A stretch of 64,000 nt of DNA. It comes from a virus (lineage: Duplodnaviria > Caudoviricetes). This document shows positions 28,116 to 40,400 of this stretch, piece after piece (positions within the stretch are counted from its first letter, which is position 1; every line of letters begins with the position of its first letter). The stretch is taken from positions 1 through 64,000 of the IMG/VR virus record IMGVR_UViG_3300010162_000393. One strand, given 5' to 3'. Both the position numbers and the translations under genes were made by a program. The notes below the pieces were generated by a model. That model was not told the DNA's origin. It saw only the letters and a list, made by a program, of their open reading frames with translations, and did not search any database.

Positions 28116-28948
28116 AAGTTGTAGGTTAGATTATATTTTTCGTTGAATAGTTTGATATCCTCGTCGGTTTCAAATTTATATTTTGCGCAACCACCAAATT
28201 TAACACATTTTTCTGTGAAATCAAATCTATCTAATTTGAACGAATAACCTCGTGCGCATACATTTATCAATTCAGCACTGCTGATTTCTCCATTACGTTC
28301 ATCCCGATATTTTTCAAGATTACATCTTTGGGACCAATATTGAATACCGTGTTTATCACGAGGATCTATTCCCAACCCATATAAAAATTTTATCTCTTTG
28401 AATAAATCAGAAAATAATGCAATACTGATTCGTTTGTCTGGTGCGGAATTATCAAATTCAACGTTACCCAATATATGATAACCAACCCCACCGTCTTTGT
28501 GTAATGAGGTTACTTTGTTCATACCGGTCATTGCATCGCTGAACAAAATAAAATGAAGATTTGGGTTTCTTTTTTTAGCACTTAACAAACTTCGCATTAC
28601 GTTAGTTGACCCAGAGAAGGGCGGGTTATCAAATACCAATACCTTTTGAGTAAGAATCATTCGTACAAATTCCTTGTCATTGTACCATTCCCAAAAATCA
28701 TAACAACCCAACTCTTCGTTATACCATTCAGGTTTTTTTGGATTGGTTATTACCTGTTTTCCGTATCCATTTCCATAAATATCTAACAATATTTTATAGA
28801 TGGGTTTATCTTCACTGTTAAAAGGCAACCATATAATATCAGATTCCATAAAATGGTTTCTGTATTCACGTTCTATTCTTCTAACAGTATCTTCTTTAGT
28901 GAAGTATTCAAACCCGGAACGATCATTACTGGACGGTTTTAGAGGCAT
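28112..28948 (-). CDS. Putative N6-adenine methyltransferase (NPPF type)
   Basis: EYFTK...IIWLPFN N-terminal block and a DNPPFS catalytic motif. Confidence 0.65.
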   Translation of the reverse strand: MPLKPSSNDRSGFEYFTKEDTVRRIEREYRNHFMESDIIWLPFNSEDKPIYKILLDIYGNGYGKQVITNPKKPEWYNEELGCYDFWEWYNDKEFVRMILTQKVLVFDNPPFSGSTNVMRSLLSAKKRNPNLHFILFSDAMTGMNKVTSLHKDGGVGYHILGNVEFDNSAPDKRISIALFSDLFKEIKFLYGLGIDPRDKHGIQYWSQRCNLEKYRDERNGEISSAELINVCARGYSFKLDRFDFTEKCVKFGGCAKYKFETDEDIKLFNEKYNLTYNF

Positions 28949-28952
28949 TGTT

Positions 28953-29249
28953 CTACTCTGATTTTAAAAAGGATTTTGGACTACAACCAAGATAAATGGT
29001 TGTCTTGTATTTACCTCTTTGGTCTTTCCTTACCCTGTTTTCTTTCAGAACAGTTTCAATAATGTTATCCATAACATCATTATCAATTTCATAATCCATG
29101 AAATTTATGACTCTCTTACCTTCTTCGTTTATTTTTGCATTGGCAACCAATTCTTCAAAATCTGCTGAAGGACTTGATGCTTTGTATAGACGAGAATAAA
29201 TTTCGTATAGGATTTTATCTTCTTTTTTCGTTAAATTTAATACTGACAT
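28953..29249 (-). CDS. Hypothetical protein
   Basis: 98-aa ORF with PSADF and YLGCSP blocks. Confidence 0.7.
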   Translation of the reverse strand: MSVLNLTKKEDKILYEIYSRLYKASSPSADFEELVANAKINEEGKRVINFMDYEIDNDVMDNIIETVLKENRVRKDQRGKYKTTIYLGCSPKSFLKSE

Positions 29250-29281
29250 AACATTTTATTTTTATTAAAAATACGATTTTT

Positions 29282-30100
29282 TTAGTGATTTTTCAAAATT
29301 TCTTTATCATTTTCAATATCATCCAAACTATCAATTGAAAATGAATATAATTTATATGGATTTTCCACTTCAACATGTTCTATTTTAAAATCTGGTAATG
29401 ATATGATCGAATATCCGTGTCCGTCTATTTTCTCCCCAAATGTTTGACCTATAACAGAACCACTATAATGAAATTTCACTTTATTTTTCAATAATATTGT
29501 TTGTGGCATGTGAATATCTCCTGCTAACACAATATTACAGTCTTTGAATATATCCGATTGGATACCCTTGTCCATTGTAAACCCGATTGGTGTTTTACTT
29601 CCTATGAGCGCACCGTGAAATAATCCTATTACAATCTTATTTGGATTATCTTTTTTATATGATTCTATATCAGGTTCTCTGTATCCATCAAAAATACTGT
29701 ACAGAGCAAAAGAATATTTTTCATTATACTCTATAATACCAGAATTATACCCTAATTCCATATCCAGATACCTTGTTTGTTTGAATGGCACCATTTTGAA
29801 TATTGGTGTCAAGGTATCCATTTTGGTTAAATTAGAACGTGTTAGATCATGGTTTCCTGCAATTACTATTGTAGGTGCAATTCTATCTAATTCTTTTAAA
29901 AACCAAGATGCCTTGATAAGTAATTCGTTGCTGATGTTGATAAAATTGTCAAAAGTGTCTCCAGCAAGATATATTAACGTTTTATCATCACATATTGGTT
30001 TGATATCGTTTATGAAGTTTGTTAATACCTCTTCATACTCATCGTGTAAGCGGTTACATTTTATATGTATGTCCGCTATCATTATAATCTTATTTATCAT
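29282..30100 (-). CDS. SbcD/Mre11-like (T4 gp47-like) metallophosphoesterase nuclease
   Basis: ADIH, AGDTFD, AGNHD, FHG, GDIH and YSGS motifs; adjacent to the SMC ATPase. Confidence 0.92.
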   Translation of the reverse strand: MINKIIMIADIHIKCNRLHDEYEEVLTNFINDIKPICDDKTLIYLAGDTFDNFINISNELLIKASWFLKELDRIAPTIVIAGNHDLTRSNLTKMDTLTPIFKMVPFKQTRYLDMELGYNSGIIEYNEKYSFALYSIFDGYREPDIESYKKDNPNKIVIGLFHGALIGSKTPIGFTMDKGIQSDIFKDCNIVLAGDIHMPQTILLKNKVKFHYSGSVIGQTFGEKIDGHGYSIISLPDFKIEHVEVENPYKLYSFSIDSLDDIENDKEILKNH

Positions 30101-30101
30101 A

Positions 30102-32795
30102 TCATTTTACTATTTTACTGATATTGTTTACTTTTTCTATTGTTATTATTTTTTCAAAGAAACTGTTAAAATCATCTGAGTGTGATATAACAAAAACTAT
30201 TGAATAGTTATCATTAAATCTTTTGAAAAGTTCATATAAGAGATGATAATTAGTTATTGACACACAGGCAGTTATCTCATCAAGAACACAAAAATCTATT
30301 AGTGGAATGCTTCCATATTTAACTAATGTAGAACGTAGTGCTAATGAACTCATAGTTCTTTCAAATCCACTTGCGCTTCGTAAATCACCGACTTCCAATT
30401 CACCGTTTTCATCTTCTTTAAGGATATTGAAATTAACATTATTTTTATCATCAATTTCAATCTCTACTTTAAAGTCTGTAATATCATTTAAAAGATTATT
30501 CAAATTACTATTAATTAATGGTATTATATTTCGTAATACTATTTTTTTAATACCATCTTTTGATAGCAGTGATATTAACAGTTGGTGGTGTTTTATATAT
30601 TCGTTTTCTATGTAAAGTTTACCTATTAACTCATTGTTTGTTTTAATAAGTTTTTCTAATTCGGTAATATTATTTTGTTCTTTAGAAACATCTTTAATCA
30701 AACTTTCTTTCACACCCTGTTCGGTTTGTATTCTAGTATTAATATTACCAACTTGTATATCAAGATCCATATTTTTTTGAATAGTTTCTTTGTTAGCAAT
30801 ATAATCTTTGATTAATTTATCAACCTCATTGTAACTATTTAATGACCTTTGAATTTCAACCCTTGTTTGAGATAATTTTAACTCCCATTTGTTGCGTTCT
30901 TCAATTTGTTTTGTTTCTAGTTCCAATTTATCAATTAATGTTTGATTTTCTTTTGTCAGTTTATCAATGGTTTCTTTTTGTTGTTTTTGAATTTTCTCAA
31001 CAGCGTTTTTTGATTCAGTTTCAAGTTTTTCTACCGCCGTATTTAATTCCAATTCAAGTTTTGCAACCGTATCTGTACACAATTTTTCGGTTTCTTCTTT
31101 TGTTTTATTTTTAATAATACCATCATCCTTTAATTTTTGCATTTTTGCTTTATTAGCGGTAATAGTATCATTAATATTTTTTAAAACACTATCATCATAA
31201 GGTCTATTGCAGGTTGGGCAAATTCTACTACCATCCAATTTAACGTTTTCTTCCCTTAAAGTGTTATAGGTTGTTTTAATGGTCGCTATATCACTAACTA
31301 AAGGAAGAATTTTATCATTTGCTTCTTTTTTTACCTTTGCAATTTCCGCATTAGATTTATCTTTTTTGGTAGAAATGTCTTTATTGTATTTTTCCTTTGT
31401 ATCGGATATATCCTTATTGAATTTATCGTTGGTTTGAGTGATATTTTGTCGGTTATTTTCGATAACCTTTTTATCTACTGTGATAACAACATCCTTCAAT
31501 TCTGTAATATTATCTGAATATTCTTTTTCTTGTAATCTAAGATTTTTACCTTGTTCTACAATTTCAGTTTTTCGTTTTTCCTGTGTTTCAAAATCAAGTT
31601 TAACAATCTTTTCATCGACTACTCCCTTGCTTGCTATCAACAATTCTTTAGATTTTGTATATCCTTCAATAAGACTTGTTTGAGACGCTATCTTTTTATT
31701 TAATTCTTCTGATAACGTTTTACTTGTGTCTATTTTTTCTTTTGATTCTATGTTAGAATTTTGGAGTTCGTCTGTTGAATATTTATTACATAAGAAATTT
31801 TTAGATTTTTCTTTAAATATTGATTTTGCAACAAGTTCTTTATCGTCAATAACAGATAAACCAATCCAACGAGAAAACAATTTTGATAATCCCGCTTCTC
31901 CGGTATCAATTAAACTATCTAATGTTTTTGAATTTGCGGTTGAAATAAGATTAAAATCTTCTTCTTTCATAATAGATTCTTTGATAATTTTATTGGTATT
32001 TCTAACATCACCAGATTTGTTATCAAATGTTTCAGGATCGTAGTCTTCCAGTGGGTTTTCAGGATCCCAAAATTTATCAATGACTTTGAAATATTGAACA
32101 GTTCCGCTTGCTTTTGAGGTTTTTGTTCTTTTCTTTGGTCTAGTTAACTTTCTTTCTATAACATAATCTTCTTTGTTAATGGTAATACAACCTCGAACAA
32201 TTACTTCTGTTTCGTTTTTAAGAAACCTGTTGAATATTTTATCTTGTGAATTTGTTCTATTTGTTTTTCCATATAAAAGATAACGAATTGCATCGCCTGT
32301 TAACACGGATTTTCCAGCTTGATTTGGTGGTGAACCGCTTATAAGAACCAAACCATTTAGTTCACTCAAATCAAAACGTGTTATTTCGCTTCCGAATGAC
32401 AGGAAATTTTTAACTTCTATCCATTTTATTGAAATTTTATTAAACTTATCGTATTGATTATAGTCAATATTTTGGTTAACTTCATCATCAATTTCGTTAA
32501 TTTGTTCAAAGTTTATATTTTCAATATTGTTTATTTTAATATAATCTTGAAATAATTTTTTCTGAAAGTTTGGGTCGTGAATATTATCAATAACTTCTGT
32601 TTTTACAGAAATTTCCCTACCTTCTTCGTCAACAACCTTAATATTTGGTTCAACCTTAATATTTTGTTTAGGAACGTTATATTTGCGACTAAAGGAATTT
32701 ATAATTTGTCTTTCCAAATCCTTTGTGTATAAGTGTGAGAATGTATTCCACACTATTTTAATCTTCGATGTTCTTGAAATCTCCATATTATTCAA
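30102..32795 (-). CDS. SbcC/Rad50-like (T4 gp46-like) SMC ATPase
   Basis: KNFLSFG, Walker A NQAGKS, long coiled coil with a CPTC zinc hook, SASGFE signature, VLDE and VISH. Confidence 0.93.
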   Translation of the reverse strand: MNNMEISRTSKIKIVWNTFSHLYTKDLERQIINSFSRKYNVPKQNIKVEPNIKVVDEEGREISVKTEVIDNIHDPNFQKKLFQDYIKINNIENINFEQINEIDDEVNQNIDYNQYDKFNKISIKWIEVKNFLSFGSEITRFDLSELNGLVLISGSPPNQAGKSVLTGDAIRYLLYGKTNRTNSQDKIFNRFLKNETEVIVRGCITINKEDYVIERKLTRPKKRTKTSKASGTVQYFKVIDKFWDPENPLEDYDPETFDNKSGDVRNTNKIIKESIMKEEDFNLISTANSKTLDSLIDTGEAGLSKLFSRWIGLSVIDDKELVAKSIFKEKSKNFLCNKYSTDELQNSNIESKEKIDTSKTLSEELNKKIASQTSLIEGYTKSKELLIASKGVVDEKIVKLDFETQEKRKTEIVEQGKNLRLQEKEYSDNITELKDVVITVDKKVIENNRQNITQTNDKFNKDISDTKEKYNKDISTKKDKSNAEIAKVKKEANDKILPLVSDIATIKTTYNTLREENVKLDGSRICPTCNRPYDDSVLKNINDTITANKAKMQKLKDDGIIKNKTKEETEKLCTDTVAKLELELNTAVEKLETESKNAVEKIQKQQKETIDKLTKENQTLIDKLELETKQIEERNKWELKLSQTRVEIQRSLNSYNEVDKLIKDYIANKETIQKNMDLDIQVGNINTRIQTEQGVKESLIKDVSKEQNNITELEKLIKTNNELIGKLYIENEYIKHHQLLISLLSKDGIKKIVLRNIIPLINSNLNNLLNDITDFKVEIEIDDKNNVNFNILKEDENGELEVGDLRSASGFERTMSSLALRSTLVKYGSIPLIDFCVLDEITACVSITNYHLLYELFKRFNDNYSIVFVISHSDDFNSFFEKIITIEKVNNISKIVK

Positions 32796-34254
32796 AATTA
32801 TTTTCTTTCTTGTTATTTCTATTATTTAATAAATCAAATGCCGGTGTTGGTGGTGGCATATTGTTTAATATATCATATCCAGATTGTTTTTGTTTTGCTT
32901 TGAGTTGGTCAATACTATCACAAACACCATCTACCATCAATTTTGGTATACCATTATTTAAATGTATACTAAATACTCTACCGGATTTTCCTTCACGATT
33001 TTTTGGTATAAAAAGTTCTGCTCTATTTTCTTCCGCATCTTTTTGTGTTCTATTTAAAGTCATTAACATGTGAGCAACTTGGTACTTACCTGCCGACCCC
33101 CCAATCTTGTCAAGTGTTAATAACATACCTTCAGCACTTTGTTTTGTACCTTGTGTGAAAACAATTGTAGTACAACCAAAATCTTTACATAGATTTTCTA
33201 ATTCTCTCATTTTTTGTGTTTCCAACTTCCATTCATTTTGTATATTTCTGTTTGTTGGGTTTGCCAAACACTCAAAATAATCTATTAAAACCATATCCGG
33301 CGTAAAACCACTATTTACTAATTTATGTATATATTGTTTGATCATTGAAGGTGTTACTTCACCATTTCTTAATCTGCATAACTTTAAATTATCTTTTATA
33401 AGTTCTTTGTGTTCGTAATCAACGGCAATTTTTTTCGCAATTTCGGAATATTCCATTGTGTTAATAAATCTCGCCTCAATTTCTGTTATCGTACCAAAAT
33501 GTTTTCGTCTAATAGCAGGAACATTATCTTCAAAGAATATTTGTAATGCTTTAAACCCGGAAATTGCTGCGCTATGCGCTAAGGATGTGGATATTGTAGT
33601 TTTTCCCACCCCGCTGCTGGCCGCCACCAGTACAAGATTCGTCTTAATTATACCCCCCTGTAAATACTCATCAATTTCCGGACATAGTGTTGGGATTCTA
33701 ATAATATTTTCTGGTGAAAATGTTTCTTCAAATTCGTCATATACTCCTGTAAAAACATCATCATGTGTTCCGATAGACATTATTTTTGAAATATCGCCTT
33801 GAAGATCTTTTGATGCAACGTCAATACCATTTCTAATATCTTCTAATTGCATATTAAAGAATTTTATTAACTCTTGTCTTTTAAAAAATTCTATTGATTC
33901 TTTCTTTACCCACTCTAGACCTTCTGAATTGAGATTTTTAATTTCATTTAGTGATGCTTGTGCTAATTGTAGGTCAATATCATCTGATATTCTTGCTAAC
34001 ATCAGAGAATTTAACAAATCATATGAAGGAATATATTCATATTCTATGGTATAATCTTTTATTATACCGGAAATAATTTTATATGTTGGGTCTGTAAAAG
34101 CATTTTGATTAATATATTGAATATCATTCTTAAATTTATCTCTATCTTCTATTAGGATTTTGATAAGTCTTTTTTGAAATTCGTTATCATACAAACCTCT
34201 TTCTGTCTTCGCAACTGTTTTTTTATTTTGAAAGGATCGTGGATATTGTTCCAT
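32788..34254 (-). CDS. DnaB-like replicative helicase
   Basis: AASSGVGKTT Walker A, FFED, LIDYFE, FTQ and KNREG. Confidence 0.92.
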   Translation of the reverse strand: MEQYPRSFQNKKTVAKTERGLYDNEFQKRLIKILIEDRDKFKNDIQYINQNAFTDPTYKIISGIIKDYTIEYEYIPSYDLLNSLMLARISDDIDLQLAQASLNEIKNLNSEGLEWVKKESIEFFKRQELIKFFNMQLEDIRNGIDVASKDLQGDISKIMSIGTHDDVFTGVYDEFEETFSPENIIRIPTLCPEIDEYLQGGIIKTNLVLVAASSGVGKTTISTSLAHSAAISGFKALQIFFEDNVPAIRRKHFGTITEIEARFINTMEYSEIAKKIAVDYEHKELIKDNLKLCRLRNGEVTPSMIKQYIHKLVNSGFTPDMVLIDYFECLANPTNRNIQNEWKLETQKMRELENLCKDFGCTTIVFTQGTKQSAEGMLLTLDKIGGSAGKYQVAHMLMTLNRTQKDAEENRAELFIPKNREGKSGRVFSIHLNNGIPKLMVDGVCDSIDQLKAKQKQSGYDILNNMPPPTPAFDLLNNRNNKKENNFE

Positions 34255-34371
34255 TATTTTTTTGAAATATTTATTTGAAATATACCTCTACTTTTAGTTA
34301 TAATGAAAAATTACTCTCATTTTCTCATTAAATCTTTTGATAAGTTTGATTGTTCAAATGGAAATTATACA

Positions 34372-34379
34372 CTATTTAT
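34372..34379 (+). promoter_or_regulatory. CTATTTAT putative late-promoter motif
   Basis: Upstream of the giant fibre gene. Confidence 0.55.
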
Positions 34380-34436
34380 TATAAAAATAAAATAATAGGT
34401 TAGTTAATGACTCTAAAAAATAAATAATATATAATT

Positions 34437-37400
34437 ATGGCATCAAAATTTTCTGTCAATCGTCATGCGACGCAAAAATACAGTGTGTATTCTCGCGTTG
34501 TTAATGATATTTCGCCCGTTGTTGTTGCAAGTACCGCTAAAAGTCCTAACGACATAATCTTCACGATAACATTTTACGTGACTGACTTCAATGATAAAAA
34601 AATTCCAGACGCTTCTGTTTCGATTGTATCACATGATTTCAAGATAATTAACCATTTCGATGGTAGTTATAAAGTTATAGATGTTCCGAATGGTAAATAT
34701 GAATACGTTGTTGAAAAAACGGGTTTTGTTGCGGTTGAAGGAGTAGTAACCGTAAGTGGAAGTGATTTAGAAGTACATGTAAAACTATGTGAGGTTCCAA
34801 GTAAAATCGTTAATGGTAATCTGAATTTCGTAATGAATGAGGAAATGTACCAGAAGTTTGGTTATGTTGGTAGCACACCGGGTACTTGGTCTGTTGTCAA
34901 AGGAGAACTTCCTAATGGTATTACATTTGATCATGATGGTATTCTTAGTGGTACGCCGAGAGCATTTGGTAAATTTGAAGTTACCGTAATGGTAGAAAAC
35001 TCTTGCGGTTCTGTAACAAAAGATTTACTAATTCAAGTATGTGCTGTTCCTGAAATTACAACTGTTGATTTTGTTCTACCTCACAAACAAACTGTGTCTG
35101 AACAATTAAGTTTTTATGGTAGTGAACCGGCAACATGGTCAGTAGAAGATGGTTTGTTACCAAAAGGTTTGTTACTTAATGGGCAAACTGGTGTTATTTC
35201 TGGTACTACAAAAGATTATGGAGATTTTGACGTTACGTTTAAGGTTGCCAATGCTTGTGGGGAAGATGTTAAAGAATTAAAAATAACAATATGTGCTAAA
35301 CCTAAAATTACGAGTAATGATGATACAAAATTCACTATGGGTGAAGAAGGTAGTGTACAATTAACTTCATACGGAAATCCTGGTGTATGGACTCTTTATA
35401 GCGGAAATTTACCTAATGGTTTAACATTATCAGAAGATGGTATTCTAAGTGGTACGCCGACAACTTTCGGAAAATTTGATTTTACTGTAAAAGTTGAAAA
35501 TGCTTGTGGTGAAGATAGACAATTTATGAAAGTTTGGATCTGCGGTAAACCTGAGGTGGTATCCGGTGATATGAGTTTTGTAATGGGGCAACCTGTGTCG
35601 CATCAATTACAATTTTCCGGTAGCAGACCTGGAACATGGTCAATTGTTGAAGGCGTATTACCAAAAGGATTAACATTGAACGCAGAAACAGGTGTAATTA
35701 GTGGAACACCGAAGGAATTTGGTGAAAGTAGTTTCACAGTAATGGTTGTTAACCCTTGTGGTGAAGCGACAAAGGTAGTAAACGCATCTTTGTGTGCTAA
35801 ACCAACCATTATGTCTTGTTGCAGCGGTTGTGACACAAACTTCGTTAAAGGACAAGAAGCGTCAATGCAATATGAAGCGTCTGGTTCTGCCGGTACATGG
35901 TCAGTTTTAGGTGGAATATTACCAACTGGTTTAACATTAGATCCTAACACAGGTATTATTAGTGGTACACCAACAGTAGGTGGTTACTATGAATTTACGT
36001 TGAAATTTACTAACCCTTGCGGCGAGGTAGAGAAATGTATGAGTTTATTCGTGTGTGCTGAACCTTCAATTAAAGGTAGTGGCGAAATTAGTTTTGCAAT
36101 GGGGCAACCCGGATCACATGAATTACATTTTGAAGGTAGTAGACCTGGTATATGGTCAGTATCAGAAGGTGTTTTACCGGCAGGAGTATCATTAAACGCT
36201 GAATTGGGAGTAATTAGTGGAACACCAACTGAATTTGGTGATTTTGATTTCACTTTAAAGGTTACTAACCATTGTGGTGAGTCAACAAAAGAAATGAATA
36301 TATCAATTTGTGGACAACCACAAATTACAAGTGCAGGAAATATCAATATATTGACGGGTGAATCTGTAAATATTCAATTAGAATCAAACGGAACACCTGG
36401 TGTATGGTCTGCCGAATACGGATTACCGGAAGGGTTATCTTTATCTGCCGACGGACTTATATCCGGTGAACCAACAGAATCTGGTAATTTTAATGTTTTA
36501 ATTACATTAACAAATGATTGCGGTGAAGCAAGTAGAAATTTCAACATTTTTGTATGCGCTGAACCGGAAATTTTAACAGGTGATTTTGATGTATTGCAAA
36601 ATACCCCAATGTCGAAACAATTACAGTTTGCTGGTAGCAGACCAGGAACTTGGAGTATTGAAGAAGGTTCTTTACCATGGGAATTGAAAATGGATTCTAA
36701 AGGGGTTGTTAGTGGTACACCTAAAAAAGTTGGATCGTTTAGCGTTCTTCTTAAAGTTAAAAATTATTGCGGTGAAGTAACTAAACCAATAGTTGTAACA
36801 TCGAAAAAAACATATAAAGCAACTTTCATTGTTAAAATGGAAGATGGTACAATGGTTCCGGATGCTAGTGTTGTTGTTGGTGGTTTTATTGTAACCAATA
36901 ATAATAACGGAACTTATGAAAGTTATCTAACTGACGGCGCACATGGTTTTACTGTTACAAAAGAAGGATACGAAGTAGAAGAAGGTGTTGTAGAAATAGA
37001 CGGAGAAGATGTAGTAGTAACTATAATATTATGTGTATTTCCAGAAATATTAAATGGGGATATGAGTTTTGTAATGGGAGTTGCTAAAGTTGTTCAATTG
37101 GAATCAACAGGTTCTGCCGGTGAATGGTCAATTCAAGGTGATTTACCGGAGGGTTTAACCTTTAATGCTACAACAGGTGTAATTAGTGGAACACCAGAAG
37201 AATTTGGTGAATTTGAGATTACATTAATAATGACAAATCCTTGCGGAAGCGTAAGTAAAGATATAGAAATTGTTATATGTGGCGCACCTGAAATTACAAG
37301 TTCAGACGAAATAGAGTTTGTAAAAGGTGAAAAATCTTCATATGAATTAGAATTTTTTGGAACAGACCCGGCAACTTGGGAAGTTTCAGAAGGAAGTTTA

Positions 37401-40400
37401 CCTGCTGGTCTAACGTTAGACGCTGCAACAGGTGAAATTAAAGGAACGCCGACAGTATTTGGTGATTTTGTATTTACTGTTAAGGTTACTAATGAATGTG
37501 GTTTTGACGAACAAGAAATTAGCATGTTTATATGTGCTGAACCGGAAGTTACAAGCAGTGGTACATTAAGTTTCGTAATGACAGAAGAACATTCGGAACA
37601 ATTAACATCTTCTGGAACACCAGGTGTTTGGTCAATCGTTACCGGTAATTTACCTGATGGTTTGTCTTTGAATGTAGCAACAGGTGTGATTAGTGGTACA
37701 GCAACCGAATTTGGTGATTTTACAGTAGTTGTGAGAGTTGTAAATGAATGTGGTGAAGCAACAAAAGAAACTGTTATTTCTGTTTGCGGATTACCTGTCG
37801 TTACAAGCGGTGATATGGAATTCGTAATGAATGAACCGGTATCACATCAATTAACTGCTGAAGGAACAGAAGGAACTTGGAGATTATTGTCAGGTAAATT
37901 ACCATTAGGATTAACATTAGATTCCGAAACAGGAATAATTAGTGGTACACCTACTGAATTTGGCGACTTCTCTATTGTATTGAGATTTACAAACGTTTGC
38001 GGTGTAGCAAGAAAAATACTGAACATATTCGTATGTGCAAAACCACAAATTACCAGTGCTAATAATATTAACTTTGCACTAAGCGATGAAGCATCATTCC
38101 AATTAGAATATACTGGTACACCAGGAACTTGGTCAGTAGTAGATGGTGATTTACCAGAAGGTGTTACATTGAAACCAACAACAGGTGTAATTAGTGGTAC
38201 TCCAGTAGAAGCAGGTAACTATTATGTTACACTAAAAATTGAAAATGCTTGCGGTGATGCAACTAAAAGCGTTAATATTTTTGTATGCGCTGAACCTGTT
38301 ATAATCGTTAGTAATATAGAATTTTTACAAAACGTATATGTATCGAAACAATTAGATTTTACCGGAAGTAGACCAGGAAAATGGGAAGTAGTTAGTGGTA
38401 GTTTCCCTGCTGGTATTACTTTGGCAACAAACGGTGTTGTTAGCGGAATTCCTACCGAAATGGGTAACTTTGAAGTTGTAGTAAAAGTTAAGAATCCTTG
38501 CGGTGAAGATACAAAAGAAATAAGTTTATTCTCTTGTGCAAAACCTGTTATTATTAATGATAATAATATAGCATTTGTAAAAGGTGAAGAATCTGCTGTT
38601 CAAATAGAAGCTATAGGAACAGAAGGAACATGGTCAATCGTAAGCGGTGCATTACCTAACGGTTTATCTCTCGACCCAAGTGGAGAAATTAGCGGTACTC
38701 CAACCGAAGGTGGAACATTTAAAGTAACTGTACAACTTGAAAATCCTTGCGGAGTAACCACCAAAATGATGGTTATCAACGTATGTGCAAAACCAATTAT
38801 CGTAAGCGGTGATTTGGACTTTGTACAAAATACTCCTGTATCTCACCAATTACGTTTTATTGGTAGCAGACCCGGAAAATGGTCAATAAGTGCAGGAAAT
38901 TTACCGGCAGGATTAAGTTTAGATCCTAATACAGGTATTATTAGTGGTTCAACACACGAATTTGGTGAATACAATCTAACAATTTCGGTTGAAAATGAAT
39001 GTGGTGTTGCAAATAAAGATATTATAATGAGCACCTGTTCTAAACCGGGAATTGTAAGCGGAGATATGAATTTTGTTATAAATGAAGAAGGATCTTCGTT
39101 GTTAGAAAATTCAGGGACAGCGGGTACTTGGTCAATTATAAGTGGTTCTCTACCTAATGGTTTAGAATTAGATGAAATTACCGGAGAAATTAGTGGTACA
39201 CCAACTGTATCTGGTATCTATACATTTACCGTAAAAGTAGTTAACTCTTGTGGTGAAGCAACCAAAGTAGTTAATTTATATGTTTGTGCAAAACCCGTAA
39301 TTTCGACTGGAGATTTATCCTTCGTGATGGGTGAAGCGGTATCACAAAAATTACAATATACTGGAACAAGACCTGGTGAATGGTCAATCGAAGGAGAGTT
39401 ACCTAATGGTTTAACTTTCAACGCAGAAACCGAAACTATCAGCGGAATTCCGAGTGAATTTGGTGAATTTGAAGTTATTTTAATAGTAAAGAATCCTTGT
39501 GGAGAAGCAAGTAAAACGATAGAAATTGTTATTTGTGCAAAACCGGTTATTACAAGCGACCATGCTGACTTTGTAATGGGAGAAGAATCTTCTGTTGAGT
39601 TGGAAGGAAATGGAACTGAAGGTGTATGGACAGTTGATAGCGGAGTATTACCTGAGGGATTGTCATTAAGTTCTGACGGTATTTTAAGTGGTACACCGGC
39701 GGTATCTGGAAACCATAGTTTTACTGTTAAATTCAAAAATGCTTGTGGTGAATCTATTAAAACTATCCTTATATACATTTGTGCTAAACCAACAATAGTT
39801 AGCGGAGATTTGAATATTGTGATGGGAACACCAATGTCACAACAACTAATATTTTCAGGAACAAGACCTGGAACTTGGAGTATCGAAAGTGGTAATTTAC
39901 CTACCGGTATAACATTAAGTGAAGATGGTGTTTTAAGCGGAACTACAACTGAATTTGGTGATTTTGATGTCGTTATAAGGGTGGAGAATCCTTGCGGCAT
40001 AGCATTGAAACCTATAACAATAGACACATGTGCTAAACCTACTATTACAAATAATAGTGATCTAACATTTGTAATGAATGAATATAGTAGCGATGAATTA
40101 ACCGCTTCTGGAACAGCAGGTGTTTGGTCAGTTATTGGTGGTAGTGTTTTACCGGATGGTTTAGAATTAGACGAAGAAACCGGTATAATTAGCGGAACAC
40201 CAACCGTTTCAGGTACATTCAATATAGTGGTAAAAATAGAAAACCATTGCGGTGAAGATATAAGATCAATTGCTATTCAAATATGTGCAAAACCTACTAT
40301 TACAAGCGGCGAATTAGATTTTGAAGTTGGAGTACATGGTTCTGAAACATTGACATTCACTGGTAGCAGACCCGGAACGTGGTCAATTGTAGAAGGTGCT

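Noticed and set aside
18165-34254. Inteins or introns in polymerase, terminase or helicase
   Set aside because: No C...HN/C splice junctions or LAGLIDADG blocks were noticed, and the conserved motifs are in continuous frames.
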